DNA of 64,000 nucleotides from Picochlorum sp. SENEW3 (Eukaryota). Shown here in pieces: positions 1 to 10,642 of this stretch. The notes under the pieces were generated by a model, which saw only the letters and a program-made list of their open reading frames with translations, was not told where the DNA came from and made no database searches. The stretch covers positions 434,001-498,000 of the forward strand of contig CP120461.1 of assembly GCA_034226945.1 (NCBI GenBank), in the 5' to 3' direction. Made by a program: the position numbers and the translations under genes. Numbering within the stretch: position 1 is the first letter of the stretch; each line of letters opens with the position of its first letter.

Positions 1-2
1 GG

Positions 3-842
3 AGAATGTGATGATGTTGCCTCAGGATGGGCCCATGCATAATGCAAAGGATCTTCACGCACAACCCCAGTACAAGCTGTATTCATTTCTCTTCCTATAT
101 CTTGCTGTATATATTCTATTTCCTCGCGTGAACGCAACGATGAGTTACACCAACCAACCAGATGATCCCCACTCCTGTTTCCATAACATGTTCTGGTTTT
201 GAACCTTTTCAGAGCAGAAATATATGGATCCAAGGCCATACTATACAAAATCGGGACATCTCCGTCCCGTAGAAAAAACTGCTTCCCTGATTCTCCCATC
301 ATGATGGACGTCAGCCAAGGTACACCACGATCCAGCACCACCTCACCAAGAGCACTGGGCACAGTCCCACGTATCCAATGAACCAACGGTACATCCTCAT
401 ACGTTGGAACAAACCCAACATGAGGAGTTGCTAGGGTCACAAAATGGCACGGTTCCAAATGACCCAATATCAGCTCCTCATCGTCAGCATGGTAGAGCTT
501 GCCAATGGCATTTCTTGCAATTAAACCGCCCATCGAGTGGCCCACAAAGGAAATCTTATCATACCTATCTTGCTGTGCAACCTGTTTCACTTCGTCAGCC
601 AATGCACTGCCACACACATCGATGCCAGCATATGTCTGAAACAATTGATTCACCTTGGAGGCATGTACAACAGTTGATGATGAATCCAAAACCCTTTGCA
701 ATTCATTCTCAACAGTTTTCCAATGCTTTGCTCTACCCCACAGTCCATTCACTAGTACAATCAAATGCTTTGCATTTCCTGCATTTGTCTTCCCAACCGA
801 TGTAATACAACTTTCAGTGGTAGAAGACAGTATGCTGCTCAT
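3..842 (-). CDS. DUF676 / putative serine esterase (alpha/beta hydrolase), 3' end runs off the window
   Basis: Manual minus-strand translation from ATG 842: MSSILSS...KHLIVLVNGLWG...TYAGIDVCGSALADEV...KISFVGHSMGGLIAR...FVTLATPHVG. GHSMGG nucleophile elbow and LATPH motif. Absent from the ORF track because it has no stop inside the window. Confidence 0.85.
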   Translation of the reverse strand, partial: MSSILSSTTESCITSVGKTNAGNAKHLIVLVNGLWGRAKHWKTVENELQRVLDSSSTVVHASKVNQLFQTYAGIDVCGSALADEVKQVAQQDRYDKISFVGHSMGGLIARNAIGKLYHADDEELILGHLEPCHFVTLATPHVGFVPTYEDVPLVHWIRGTVPSALGEVVLDRGVPWLTSIMMGESGKQFFLRDGDVPILYSMALDPYISALKRFKTRTCYGNRSGDHLVGWCNSSLRSREEIEYIQQDIGREMNTACTGVVREDPLHYAWAHPEATSSHS

Positions 843-1278
843 GACGTGTGCCTGGCATAGAATACGATGAGATGGACGCAATGTACCTATTGTTGGATAT
901 CTAATGGTTTTCATGGACATTATTCTGGCACATACATGAAAAGGAAGAGGAACACCATGCGACTCACTTGCCCGCCCTTGATGCCGTAAAAAGGACTTTA
1001 AAACTTTTTGCAATGCAGGAGGACGCGCATGCAATTGCGTTGTAGAACATCCATTGGTGCAAAATGCGGCGAATATACTCAAACCTTATCTAATTATATT
1101 TGATCATACCAGTCGTAGATACGATCGGCCCTGATAACGCCTGGCATTTGACCTGTAGTAGAAACTTCTCCAGGAAGTGTCGGAAAACTCGACATACAAA
1201 CGACGATACCGACTGTGGTAGTCTAGGAATTCACTATTGTGAGACATTGGAACGAATCACTTCTATTATATACCGATA

Positions 1279-2616
1279 ATGGTGATGGGCGTTGGAGTTG
1301 GAAAGGGAATAGTCCAACAAACTCCAACCCAGTTTTCTTGGAAGGGTGGGAGTAGTAGACTATTCTTGAGACGACCACGACGTGTCGGCATTCCCAATGA
1401 ACGGGTCAAAGCTCAGCTTATCACTGCAGATCTGGGTATTGATATGTTTCTTCCTGCGTTGGGGATGAAACCGGAAGCAGCAGTGCTCATGAGTGCTCTC
1501 TTGGCAACAACCAGTGTTGCCATGAACTTCTTCTCTGGAATATCCCTGGAAAGCAAAAAGGCAGAGCTGGCCATTGAACTCGAGAGAGAAAAGCAGTTTC
1601 AGCAGCAGCTCAGAGAGCTGCAAGGGGTCATCGCAAGGTACAGGGGCCCTTTGCTGGAATCAGCTATTGACTTGGAACAGCGCTTGTGGCATTTGGTGTC
1701 TGACCAGTGTTTTGATGTGGACGAAATGCACGCAAAGTTGGAGGTGAGATATTTCACGTTCTGTGTGGCACAGTTTCTGGGCTTTGTGGAGGTTGTCCGT
1801 CGAGAGGGTCCCAGAGAGAACTCCTTCCTTCAGCGTGGCAACCCTCAAGGGTCAGACACACTGTTTGTGATGGTGGAAGCCATCCGATTTGTGCTGTGCG
1901 CATCGCCCACCTATCTGGAATCTTGGTATGTACAAGGACCCAACAGAAACCACCCAGGTGCTCGCATGAGGCAGTCTCGTGAGGAGATCATCCTGAGTCA
2001 CAAGCAGAGATCAGAGATTGGGTGCCCTATTTTCCCAGAGAAGCCGTTGCTTCGCATTTCTCGCGGGCACCAACGCGCCATCGGCACCTACATGATCACC
2101 ACCAAGATGGGGGCAGAGAGGCATTATACCATGAGTTATGGCGACTTCCACAAGAAGTTGGAGATGGATGAATCGTTCAGGTATTGGTTTGCTGAGATTG
2201 AAGAGGATATTTGCGAGCTGACAAAGCAAGAGCCTTGGATGGGCGAGACCGCCTTCCCCCTGAACAAGTGGTCGAGGGTGCTGCTGTTCCAGCAGCTGTT
2301 GGTGGAGCTGATGGACTTGCTTGATCCCGACTGTGTGAGACTTCCCCTTGACAGGAGAAGAAAGCTGATGCCCACCAACTACGGTCAGTTGCCGAATGTG
2401 TTGGAGTACCAGCGTCGTCTGATCGAGTTCAGCGGGAGTGGCACGAAATCAGGGCACAGCAGTGCCTTGGAGGGCTTGAAAGACCTCATGTCTACCCAAA
2501 TAAACACTGATACAGAAAAGCCATTGGCATATCCACTCAACTCTATGGAGGACTTGAAGGAATCTGATGAAGAATTTGAAGAGAGGCATGCAACTTCATC
2601 CTCATCCTTGCGTTGA
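1279..2616 (+). CDS. Uncharacterised protein, copy A (transit-peptide-like N-terminus, TM helix, coiled coil, conserved helical domain)
   Basis: 445-aa intronless ORF with motifs RYRGPLLESAIDLEQRL, AQFLGFVEVVRRE, RGHQRAIG and LMDLLDPDCVRLP. Confidence 0.85.
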   Translation: MVMGVGVGKGIVQQTPTQFSWKGGSSRLFLRRPRRVGIPNERVKAQLITADLGIDMFLPALGMKPEAAVLMSALLATTSVAMNFFSGISLESKKAELAIELEREKQFQQQLRELQGVIARYRGPLLESAIDLEQRLWHLVSDQCFDVDEMHAKLEVRYFTFCVAQFLGFVEVVRREGPRENSFLQRGNPQGSDTLFVMVEAIRFVLCASPTYLESWYVQGPNRNHPGARMRQSREEIILSHKQRSEIGCPIFPEKPLLRISRGHQRAIGTYMITTKMGAERHYTMSYGDFHKKLEMDESFRYWFAEIEEDICELTKQEPWMGETAFPLNKWSRVLLFQQLLVELMDLLDPDCVRLPLDRRRKLMPTNYGQLPNVLEYQRRLIEFSGSGTKSGHSSALEGLKDLMSTQINTDTEKPLAYPLNSMEDLKESDEEFEERHATSSSSLR

Positions 2617-2879
2617 AACGTGGGACAAATGGGATGCGCCACTCTTGTACCTAGCTACCTGTATGTTGAAAACGAATCAAGAAGATTTTCTCACCCTGTA
2701 GATGGGCCTGAGGCCTATCTGTGTATATTTCAAACGATTGTCTTTAATGATGTGTGACTTGCTTTGAACAAATATCGATAGTATCGCATGTATCGCATAT
2801 GTAGCGTTGTAAAATACCATTGCATGCTTTTCATGATGATATGCTCAAGGAAGCACACACTACACTATGAACAGTCATA

Positions 2880-3006
2880 CACGGAGCGAAACCAACATGA
2901 CAACTCCCCAAGATCAAAATACCACCAGATTTAATACAATGTCTTCTTCTCACTATTGTCGTGATAGAGATTGCCCCTTGCATCATGACCACATAAGTGG
3001 GTACCC
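2880..3006 (-). pseudogene. Degenerate relic of the DUF676 esterase gene
   Basis: Minus strand reads ARGNLYHDNSEKKTLY* and then, after a frameshift, ILILGSCHVGFAP. The intact gene reads ARNAIGKLYHADDEELIL...FVTLATPHVGFVP. It sits at the syntenic position of the duplicated unit. Confidence 0.65.
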
Positions 3007-3498
3007 TATTACTGAAGGGCCCAATAGACAGCATTGTATCATCTTCCTCATAGGAAGCGCCTAAAACGGACAACAGGATGCGGTGAGAGTAATCTATCTG
3101 TTATTGGAGATGCAATTGACGTGATTGACATTGTTCTGGAACATGACCGACAAGGAAGAAGAACATTGGGGTGGTCATGCAGAACCATCTGGCCAGATGC
3201 CGTAAAAACGAATTAAATTCGGGAGCCCATTCGTGCGCCGCGTGGACTGAACTATAAACAAGCATCTTCGACGCAGGACTCGTTATTTCGAAAGTTTTTT
3301 GAATTTATTATGTAACAGGTGTCATAGATAGGATCTATTTGAGCAATCTGGCATTTCATTTGGAGCAGAAAAAGTTGTTGAATCGCCCTCGGGGGTGGTT
3401 TCGAAAAAGTTCTCAAAGGAACGATATTACCAACGTACCAGCCTAGGAATTTCCTATTGTGACACATTGGAACGAATTATTTATATTGTGTGCCGATA

Positions 3499-4782
3499 AT
3501 GGCGATGGGCGTATGTCTTAGACGGGGAATAGCCCAACAAACTCCAATCCACTCCTTCTGGAAGAATGGTAGCAATGGACTCTTCTTGAGACGACCACGA
3601 CGTGCCGGCATTCTTAGTAGGCAAGCCAAGACTCGACTGGTGACTGCCAATATGAGTCTTGACGCGTTTCTGCCTGCATTAGGGATGAATTCTGAGATTG
3701 CTGTGCTCATGAGTGCTCTCTTGGCAACAACAAGTGTTGCCATCAATTTCTTCTCCGGGATGTCCCTTGAGAGCAAAAAGGCAGAGCTGGCCATTGAACT
3801 CGAGAGAGAAAAGCAGTTTCAGCAGCAATTCAGAGAGCTGCAAGGGGTCATCGCAAGGTACAGGGGCCCATTGCTGGAATCAGCTATTGACTTGGAACAG
3901 CGCCTGTGGCATTTGGTGTCTGACCAATGTTTTGACGTGGACGAAATGCACGCAAAGTTGGAGGTGAGATATTTCACGTTCTGTGTGGCACAGTTTCTGG
4001 GCTTTGTGGAGGTTGTCCGTCGAGAGGGTCCCAGAGAGAACTCCTTCCTTCAGCGTGGCAACCCTCAAGGGTCAGACACATTGTTTGTGATGGTGGAAGC
4101 CATCCGATTTGTGCTGTGCGCATCGCCCACCTATCTGGAATCTTGGTATGCACAAGGATCCAATAGAAACCACCCAGGTGCTCGCATGAGGCAGTCTCGT
4201 GAGGAGATCATCCTGAGTCACAAGCAGAGATCAGAGATTGGGTGCCCTATTTTCCCAGAGAAGCCGTTGCTTCGCATTTCTCGCGGGCACCAACGCGCCA
4301 TCGGCACCTACATGATCACCACCAAGATGGGGGCAGAGAGGCATTATACCATGAGTTATGGCGACTTCCACAAGAAGTTGGAGATGGATGAATCGTTCAG
4401 GTATTGGTTTGCTGAGATTGAAGAGGATATTTGCGAGCTGACAAAGCAAGAGCCTTGGATGGGTGAGACCGCCTTCCCCCTGAACAAGTGGTCGAGGGTG
4501 CTGCTGTTCCAGCAGCTGTTGGTGGAGCTGATGGACTTGCTTGATCCCGACTGTGTGAGACTTCCCCTTGACAGGAGAAGAAAGCTGATGCCCACCAACT
4601 ACGGCCAGTTGCCGAATGTGTTGGAGTACCAGCGTCGTCTGATCGAGTTCAGCGGGAGTGGCACGAAATCAGGGCACAGCAGTGCCTTGGAGGGCTTGAA
4701 AGACCTCATGTCTACCCAAATAAACACTGATACAGAAAAGCCATTGGCATATCCACTCAACTCTGGAGAAGATTCTACCTAA
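3499..4782 (+). CDS. Uncharacterised protein, copy B (C-terminus shortened by an in-frame TAA)
   Basis: Paralogue of 1279-2616; ATG 3499 = 1279+2220. The TAA at 4780-4782 aligns with GAA in copy A. Confidence 0.8.
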   Translation: MAMGVCLRRGIAQQTPIHSFWKNGSNGLFLRRPRRAGILSRQAKTRLVTANMSLDAFLPALGMNSEIAVLMSALLATTSVAINFFSGMSLESKKAELAIELEREKQFQQQFRELQGVIARYRGPLLESAIDLEQRLWHLVSDQCFDVDEMHAKLEVRYFTFCVAQFLGFVEVVRREGPRENSFLQRGNPQGSDTLFVMVEAIRFVLCASPTYLESWYAQGSNRNHPGARMRQSREEIILSHKQRSEIGCPIFPEKPLLRISRGHQRAIGTYMITTKMGAERHYTMSYGDFHKKLEMDESFRYWFAEIEEDICELTKQEPWMGETAFPLNKWSRVLLFQQLLVELMDLLDPDCVRLPLDRRRKLMPTNYGQLPNVLEYQRRLIEFSGSGTKSGHSSALEGLKDLMSTQINTDTEKPLAYPLNSGEDST

Positions 4783-5116
4783 TCCGAGGGAGAATATGAA
4801 GAGAGACATTCGAATAAATCCTCAGTGAGCTGCAATAGATACACTCTGTCGAGCAAGACCAAGACCTACTACTATTGGTGCGTACACCATATATGGTGCC
4901 CATGGCATGGGTACTGTGAAAGAAAGAAAAATGAATCCAGAAAATATTCTCATGATCCGGCAGACCCGAGGCCTGTCTGAGCATATGTCATTCAGGCGTA
5001 CAATAATTGTTTTGAAAGAAAATACCAAGAATATAATGAGAAGAATTGCGTAGATTGAGCGTTGTAAAATACAATTGCATGCTGTTGACGAGTCGACTTG
5101 ACAACCCCCGATCGCC

Positions 5117-5525
5117 ATGAGTAAGAAGAATAACAGAAAACTACGGCATCAAGCCCATCAATATGCTCTACGAAGTATGTTCTATGGCGAAATGGCGCTA
5201 ATCCTGTGTTTTTAATGACGAAAACCCGTGTTCGCATGCAGAGGAAAAAGAGGAGCGAGAGAAGCAGCAGAAGAAGATTGAGCGCAAAAAGCAGAATGAA
5301 GAGACACTGAACATCATGAAAAAATTAGAGATTGATTCGAATAGGAAGCCCCAGGCTGTATCAAAGTTGGGTGCAACTGTGTCAAATAAAAAGACAAAAC
5401 GGAAAGGCGTCCGATTGAGAAAAAACACTGTTGTGCGTGGGATAAAGATAAAGGATGCCGAATCCAAAAAAAGGGTCAAGGAAATTTTGGCAGCGGAGGA
5501 GACGATGCGTGATATGGCTGAATGA
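5117..5525 (+). CDS. Small Lys/Arg-rich protein, 113 aa, 2 exons (5117-5174, 5242-5525)
   Basis: A GTATGT...GCTAAT...GCAG intron joins MSKKNNRKLRHQAHQYALR in frame to KEKEEREKQQKK...RDMAE*. Confidence 0.7.
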
Positions 5526-5553
5526 AACATGACTTTAAAAGAATACAAAGAAA

Positions 5554-6789
5554 TCATGAACTGCCATTGTGTACATGTATTTTACCCTTCTGCTCCAAAA
5601 GTGAGACGAAGCTCTTACTGTAATATCCAAAGCTGTTCAGTGAGGTTAGTATGTCTTCCAGATCGTCTTTAGAGAAGTCTTTGTGGCGCTGTGGAAGAAC
5701 CTTGTCCACTGCAATGTCAAGGAGTGCATCGTGTCGAAATCCAAGACCACCCAATGCTTTGATCGATTCCACGATGAGTTCAGAATTCAAATCATCTATT
5801 CTTTTCACCAATGACCCGATGACTTTATTAATCATTGCCTGATCCTCGCTTCCCAAGCGGATGGCAGCCACAAGAGTCTTGGCCAAGGGATCAACAGATA
5901 CAATATCAGGGTCTTGTGTCACGCGTAGGATGAGGTCCTCCACTATATCAGATTCTGTACATCCAACTCTTGAATAGGCATCAATTATACTTGCAATGGC
6001 TTCCCCTTTATCATGCAATGCTTCTTTTTGCAACAACTCTCCTGCTTTATTGACCAACTGAACCAAATCTGGATGGCAGAACCCACACTTGGAGAACGCA
6101 TACACAACATCCGCGACATTCTCGGCACTAAATTTCTCTTTATTTGCTCCCATATACGTCAAAACACCTTCGAGTAAATCATCGTCATAATATCCCATTT
6201 TTGCAAATGATCTCAGCGTGTGCCCCAACATATCACCAGAGAAAGACTCCAGGTTGGCCATGACAAAATCCGATACAGCATCCTTGAACTCGATTGAATA
6301 GCACCCAAGCTCAGAAAAGCTCTCTATGATATTGCATACATCAGCTGGAGACAGCTGAGGCAATCCCCGTGTGGCCTTGTCCACTAATTCATTCAGAAAT
6401 GCCTCATCCGTCACCTCTGACGTCGCTGCTGCACGAGCCACCGCCGACAGTCCGTCTGCCTTCAATCCACTCAAGCTAATAGGTCCTAAATTCGATGGAT
6501 CATCACATGACAATATCTTCTGTGCAATATCAGCCCCAGAGGGCGCCCCAGACGTCCCATACCTCATAACCATCATCGACGCGGCATCTCGCTTTATAAA
6601 ACTACACATCACTCTCGAATGCGAGTATGCCGTCCATATTCCACGTGACGTATGATGTGATCGAGCCATCACTGCCATCCCAGCACAACCCTGACTCACA
6701 CAAGCATGTGCATGCTCCTGCCCACGCAGCACACACCTCCCGATCCGTGTAAGAGCAGATAGTACTTCTCTTCTATATCTTGCAACCAT
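5554..6789 (-). CDS. Organelle-targeted helical-repeat RNA-binding protein (heptatricopeptide / FASTK-like repeats)
   Basis: Arg-rich presequence MVARYRREVL. The motifs FSELG, FAKMG and FSKCG are spaced exactly 37 aa apart, followed by degenerate repeats (YSRVG, IRLG, GGLG, NSFG). Confidence 0.75.
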   Translation of the reverse strand: MVARYRREVLSALTRIGRCVLRGQEHAHACVSQGCAGMAVMARSHHTSRGIWTAYSHSRVMCSFIKRDAASMMVMRYGTSGAPSGADIAQKILSCDDPSNLGPISLSGLKADGLSAVARAAATSEVTDEAFLNELVDKATRGLPQLSPADVCNIIESFSELGCYSIEFKDAVSDFVMANLESFSGDMLGHTLRSFAKMGYYDDDLLEGVLTYMGANKEKFSAENVADVVYAFSKCGFCHPDLVQLVNKAGELLQKEALHDKGEAIASIIDAYSRVGCTESDIVEDLILRVTQDPDIVSVDPLAKTLVAAIRLGSEDQAMINKVIGSLVKRIDDLNSELIVESIKALGGLGFRHDALLDIAVDKVLPQRHKDFSKDDLEDILTSLNSFGYYSKSFVSLLEQKGKIHVHNGSS

Positions 6790-7311
6790 GCTTGCCACCC
6801 TGATCAAAGTATACGTCGTCAGTCCTTCCCTGCAAAAAAAACACACGTCACTGCTGTCAGTGTGACCCGCAAACCCTAAGCACCGCAACCTCTAAAACAA
6901 CTAGTAATTTCATCTACAAATCAATATACCCCAGAAGCTCACCTAATACGCTTCGTATTCCAGGGAACAAGGAGCAAAGCAAATTGGTTGCTTTCGATGC
7001 AAGGATCTACGATGAAACCGGTACGAGGTAATTCGTATACCCTTTCTATATCATAAATATGTGGAATTACTTTCAATCATATTCGGTTGTCGTTTCATTG
7101 GTGGGATAAACTGATGCTGAAATCGATCCAGAGTTTCTTAAATTGAACATTATAATAGCCACCACTCGCTCTGCCTCACATTGTGCTGCCTTTCCAATGT
7201 GTGTGTCTCACTATTTGATCTCCGCTGATTTATTGTTATTGATAATAATACCTGAAATCCGTGAGTTGAGCAATCGAGTAGAAGCCACCGATTGGACCCA
7301 TTTGTAGCCAC

Positions 7312-8950
7312 ATGTCGACAACCATGTCTAATACATTCGTTCAGAAATCCAGCCACAGGGCCTCATTGACTAGGTATGATTGATGATCTGTGTGTTATGG
7401 TTGATACTGTTGTTGATGTGAGCGTTTCAATGGCATGGAGCCCATGTGGGTACCCACTCGTCTTGGTGTGGTTGGTTGGTCTCCCATGTGGATCAGAGTC
7501 TTGGTATGGTGCCTTTCATTTCCTGATCGTGTATGTGCAGATCGATGAAGGGTCAGAGATCAAGGGCAATGCGTGTGGTGTGTGAAGGTATGTTCGATTC
7601 ATGTTGTGACCATGATGATGTGTGTGCATTGAGACATCAATCTCTCCATGTTGTTTGTAGCCACGACACAGGTCAAGAGGAATAAGAATATTCAAAAGCT
7701 TCAGGCTGGATATTTGTTCCCAGAGGTGTGTATTGTATGTATGATCGAGTGCCCTCGACGCTGAAGGTTGACAATCATTTTTTTTTCCACAGATTGCTCG
7801 CCGCCGTAATGCACACCAGGAAGCCAATCCTGATGCCAAGCTTATTTCCCTTGGCATTGGAGATACAACTGAGCCAATTCCACCGTACATTGTGAACGGA
7901 CTGATGAAGGGAGCAGAGGCCATGGGGACTCTGGAAGGATACAAGGGATACGGTCCAGAGCAGGGGTATGCTCCTATTCGAGAGGCAATTTTCAACAGAT
8001 TGTATGCAAATACTGGACTCACTCCAAATGATATTTATGTATCTGATGGATCCAAGTGCGATATTGGCCGCATGCAGATGATGTTTGGAGAGGATGTCAC
8101 CGTGGCTCTTCAAGATCCAGCATACCCAGTGTATGTTGATTCTTCAGTCATCATGGGAATGACTGGCGATTATAATGGAAGCAACTTTGATGGAATTACA
8201 TATATGGAGTGCCGACCAGAGAATGACTTCTTCCCTGATCTGTCAAAGGTGCCAAGGACTGACATTATTTTCTTCTGCTCTCCAAACAACCCAACAGGCT
8301 CTGCTGCAACAAGGGAGCAGCTCACAGAACTTGTCAATTTCGCAAGAAAGAATGGATCAATCATCGTCTATGATGCTGCATATGCTCTCTTCATTGAGGA
8401 TGACAACTGCCCACGCAGCATCTTTGAAATCCCAGGAGCTGAGGAATGTGCCATTGAGACCTGCTCCTTCTCCAAATACGCTGGATTCACCGGTATCCGA
8501 CTCGGATGGACAGTCATTTCTGACAAACTCAAGTTTGAAGATGGATCCCCAGTCGCGCAGAGTTTCGTTCGAGTTGCGACCACAGTCTTCAATGGTGCCT
8601 CTGTAATCTCCCAAGCAGGTGGTATTGCATGCATGGAAGACGAAGGATGGAAAGAGATGAACGAACTCGTTGCGTACTACAAGGAAAATGCCAAGATTCT
8701 CCGCAAAACCTTCGAGGACATGGGATTCACTGTGTTCGGTGGAGACAATGCACCATATGTATGGGTTGGCTTCCCAGGTAGAGACTCCTGGGATGTATTC
8801 GCTGAAATCCTTGAAAAGTGTGATATTGTCACCACACCAGGAAGTGGGTTCGGTGCCGCAGGTGATGGGTTTGTGCGTGCTTCTGCCTTTGGCCACAGAG
8901 AAAACATCCTCGAGGCAGTGGAACGTTTCAAAAAGGTGTACAGCAAGTAA
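7312..8950 (+). CDS. dapL: LL-diaminopimelate aminotransferase, plastid (4 exons)
   Basis: Spliced product ...KLQAGYLFPEIARRR...ISLGIGDTTEP...SDGSKCDI...FCSPNNPTG...SFSKYAGFTGIRLGW. Three GT-AG introns keep frame. Confidence 0.95.
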
Positions 8951-9045
8951 ATGAGCTTGCTGACAGTGTTCCATGTATGCCAGAATGTCCATCCAGACAC
9001 ATCATTATTAATCAAAAAGTGATGTAATAATAAGGATTAATAAGT

Positions 9046-9454
9046 ATGGAGTCCATATATCGACTAGCTGCAACGATACAAGCAGACGCACAGTCTGCGG
9101 TAGAAATCCTCACAAGAACGATTCAGACGGGCCACATCAACCCTGATGAGGTGTTTGCAAAGGAAATGGTGATGTTATATGTAGTTATCACAGGAATCAC
9201 ATGTCTCATTGTGTCTAGATCAGTCCGAAGTCTTGTATACAAGGCAGTGGATACTTTGTTTGCAATTGTCTTGCTCGGATTGATTAGTATGATAGTCTTG
9301 GGTATTCCATTCGGTACGTGTTACACCTAGATTGATGAATTAATGGGTGAATGAGTACTCATACGACACCGATGCTGCAGTCATTTTCTATCTATCGTTT
9401 AGAGGAATCATGCATGTCCTAACATCCATTCTCTCATCCATCCGCGGTCCGTGA
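9046..9454 (+). CDS. Small membrane protein of unknown function (2 exons)
   Basis: Hydrophobic segments; a GTACGT...GCAG intron (~9314-9380) continues the frame to VIFYLSFRGIMHVLTSILSSIRGP*. TGTAA follows the stop. Confidence 0.6.
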
Positions 9455-9475
9455 AACCTGTAAAACTTGCAATTA

Positions 9476-10372
9476 TTATCCGAGAGAAGAGGTACCGTTA
9501 CCCTTGAGGGGCGGGGCTCGTGACACAAGTTGGGTCTCTTCAAGTTTACTGAGATCACTCCAGTCCTGCAGTGGTCCAAACTTGGTCAGAGGCCAGTACT
9601 TCCATACAGCCCTTCCTATAATATTCTCTGTAGGCAATGGACCCCAGATGTGAGAGTCGTAACTATTATTTCTATTGTCTCCCATAACAAACACATGGCC
9701 TGGAGGTACAACAAATGGAGCCAGAGTATACTTTGGCTTTTCATTGATGTATGGCTCACTTCGAGCCACACCATTCACGATCAGTTTTCCATTTTTCACT
9801 TGCACTGTATCCCCCTGGACGGCAACGATCCTTTTGATGAAGACATCATCATCCAACAATCCTCCTCCTCGTCCGACCCCCTTGGCTGGGTGGAAAATCA
9901 CAACATCCTCTGTCTCGGGACTTCTAACAAATCTGTATGTAATCTTTTCTGCTACCAGACGATCCCCGATATCGAACGTGGGGTACATTGATAGTGATGG
10001 AATGAATCGAGGCTCGGCTATCAACAGCCTGATTGTGTAGGACAAGGCAACAGCAATGGCAACTGTCTGCACATCATCCTTACTCAACCAATCAGGCCAT
10101 AAAGAATCCTTCTGAGATGATGACACGTTGTCGCCCGAGTCATCGCTCGTCGACATGGGCGGAGCAGACGGTGGAATAGGCCCACCCTGCCCACCACCAC
10201 CACCAGCAATGCCAACGTCTTTCGAATCTTCACTACCATCACCCGCTGATGCTCTGACCAAGATACGACTATATAGTGAAGGTGAAAATTGTAAAGGACA
10301 TGATGCATTCCTCCGTGGACGAAGGTTTTTCAGAGAAGAGACACATGTTGCAACCTGACCACTACCAACCAT
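9476..10372 (-). CDS. Thylakoidal processing peptidase (type I signal peptidase, S26)
   Basis: [14 protein letters not shown] (catalytic Ser), FIKRIVA (catalytic Lys), [11 protein letters not shown]; transit peptide. Confidence 0.93.
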   Translation of the reverse strand: MVGSGQVATCVSSLKNLRPRRNASCPLQFSPSLYSRILVRASAGDGSEDSKDVGIAGGGGGQGGPIPPSAPPMSTSDDSGDNVSSSQKDSLWPDWLSKDDVQTVAIAVALSYTIRLLIAEPRFIPSLSMYPTFDIGDRLVAEKITYRFVRSPETEDVVIFHPAKGVGRGGGLLDDDVFIKRIVAVQGDTVQVKNGKLIVNGVARSEPYINEKPKYTLAPFVVPPGHVFVMGDNRNNSYDSHIWGPLPTENIIGRAVWKYWPLTKFGPLQDWSDLSKLEETQLVSRAPPLKGNGTSSLG

Positions 10373-10642
10373 GCCTCTGGTTGGGTGATGATCCGGTAGA
10401 ACTCTGTTCATCCTGAGATATTCAAAATAATATACCAATGATTTAATTTAATGGCTCTTTGTTGGATACGAAGAAGCCCGCATCGAATCACTGATCAGAG
10501 ATCAGTTTCTCAAAAGAAAAGGCTTTCCTATACGCCCGATCAAACAAGGTATTCAATCGAAGAGTACACGTCCTTCTAGTGACGGAACAAAAGAGCCCCC
10601 TCGATTTTCCTCTCTTCAAAATAAAGTTCAATTAATTCACAT

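Larger units (their letters stand above)
880..5095. repeat. Tandem segmental duplication, offset 2,220 bp in the coding core
   Basis: 1552-2544 is near-identical to 3772-4764. Flanks are still alignable but diverged (gatgccgtaaaaa at ~980 and ~3197; gcgttgtaaaatac at ~2804 and ~5059). Confidence 0.95.

Noticed and set aside
8357..8992. Long antisense ORFs (this one, also 59006-59704, 62909-63550, 25466-26056)
   Set aside because: They are shadows of well-supported genes on the opposite strand.
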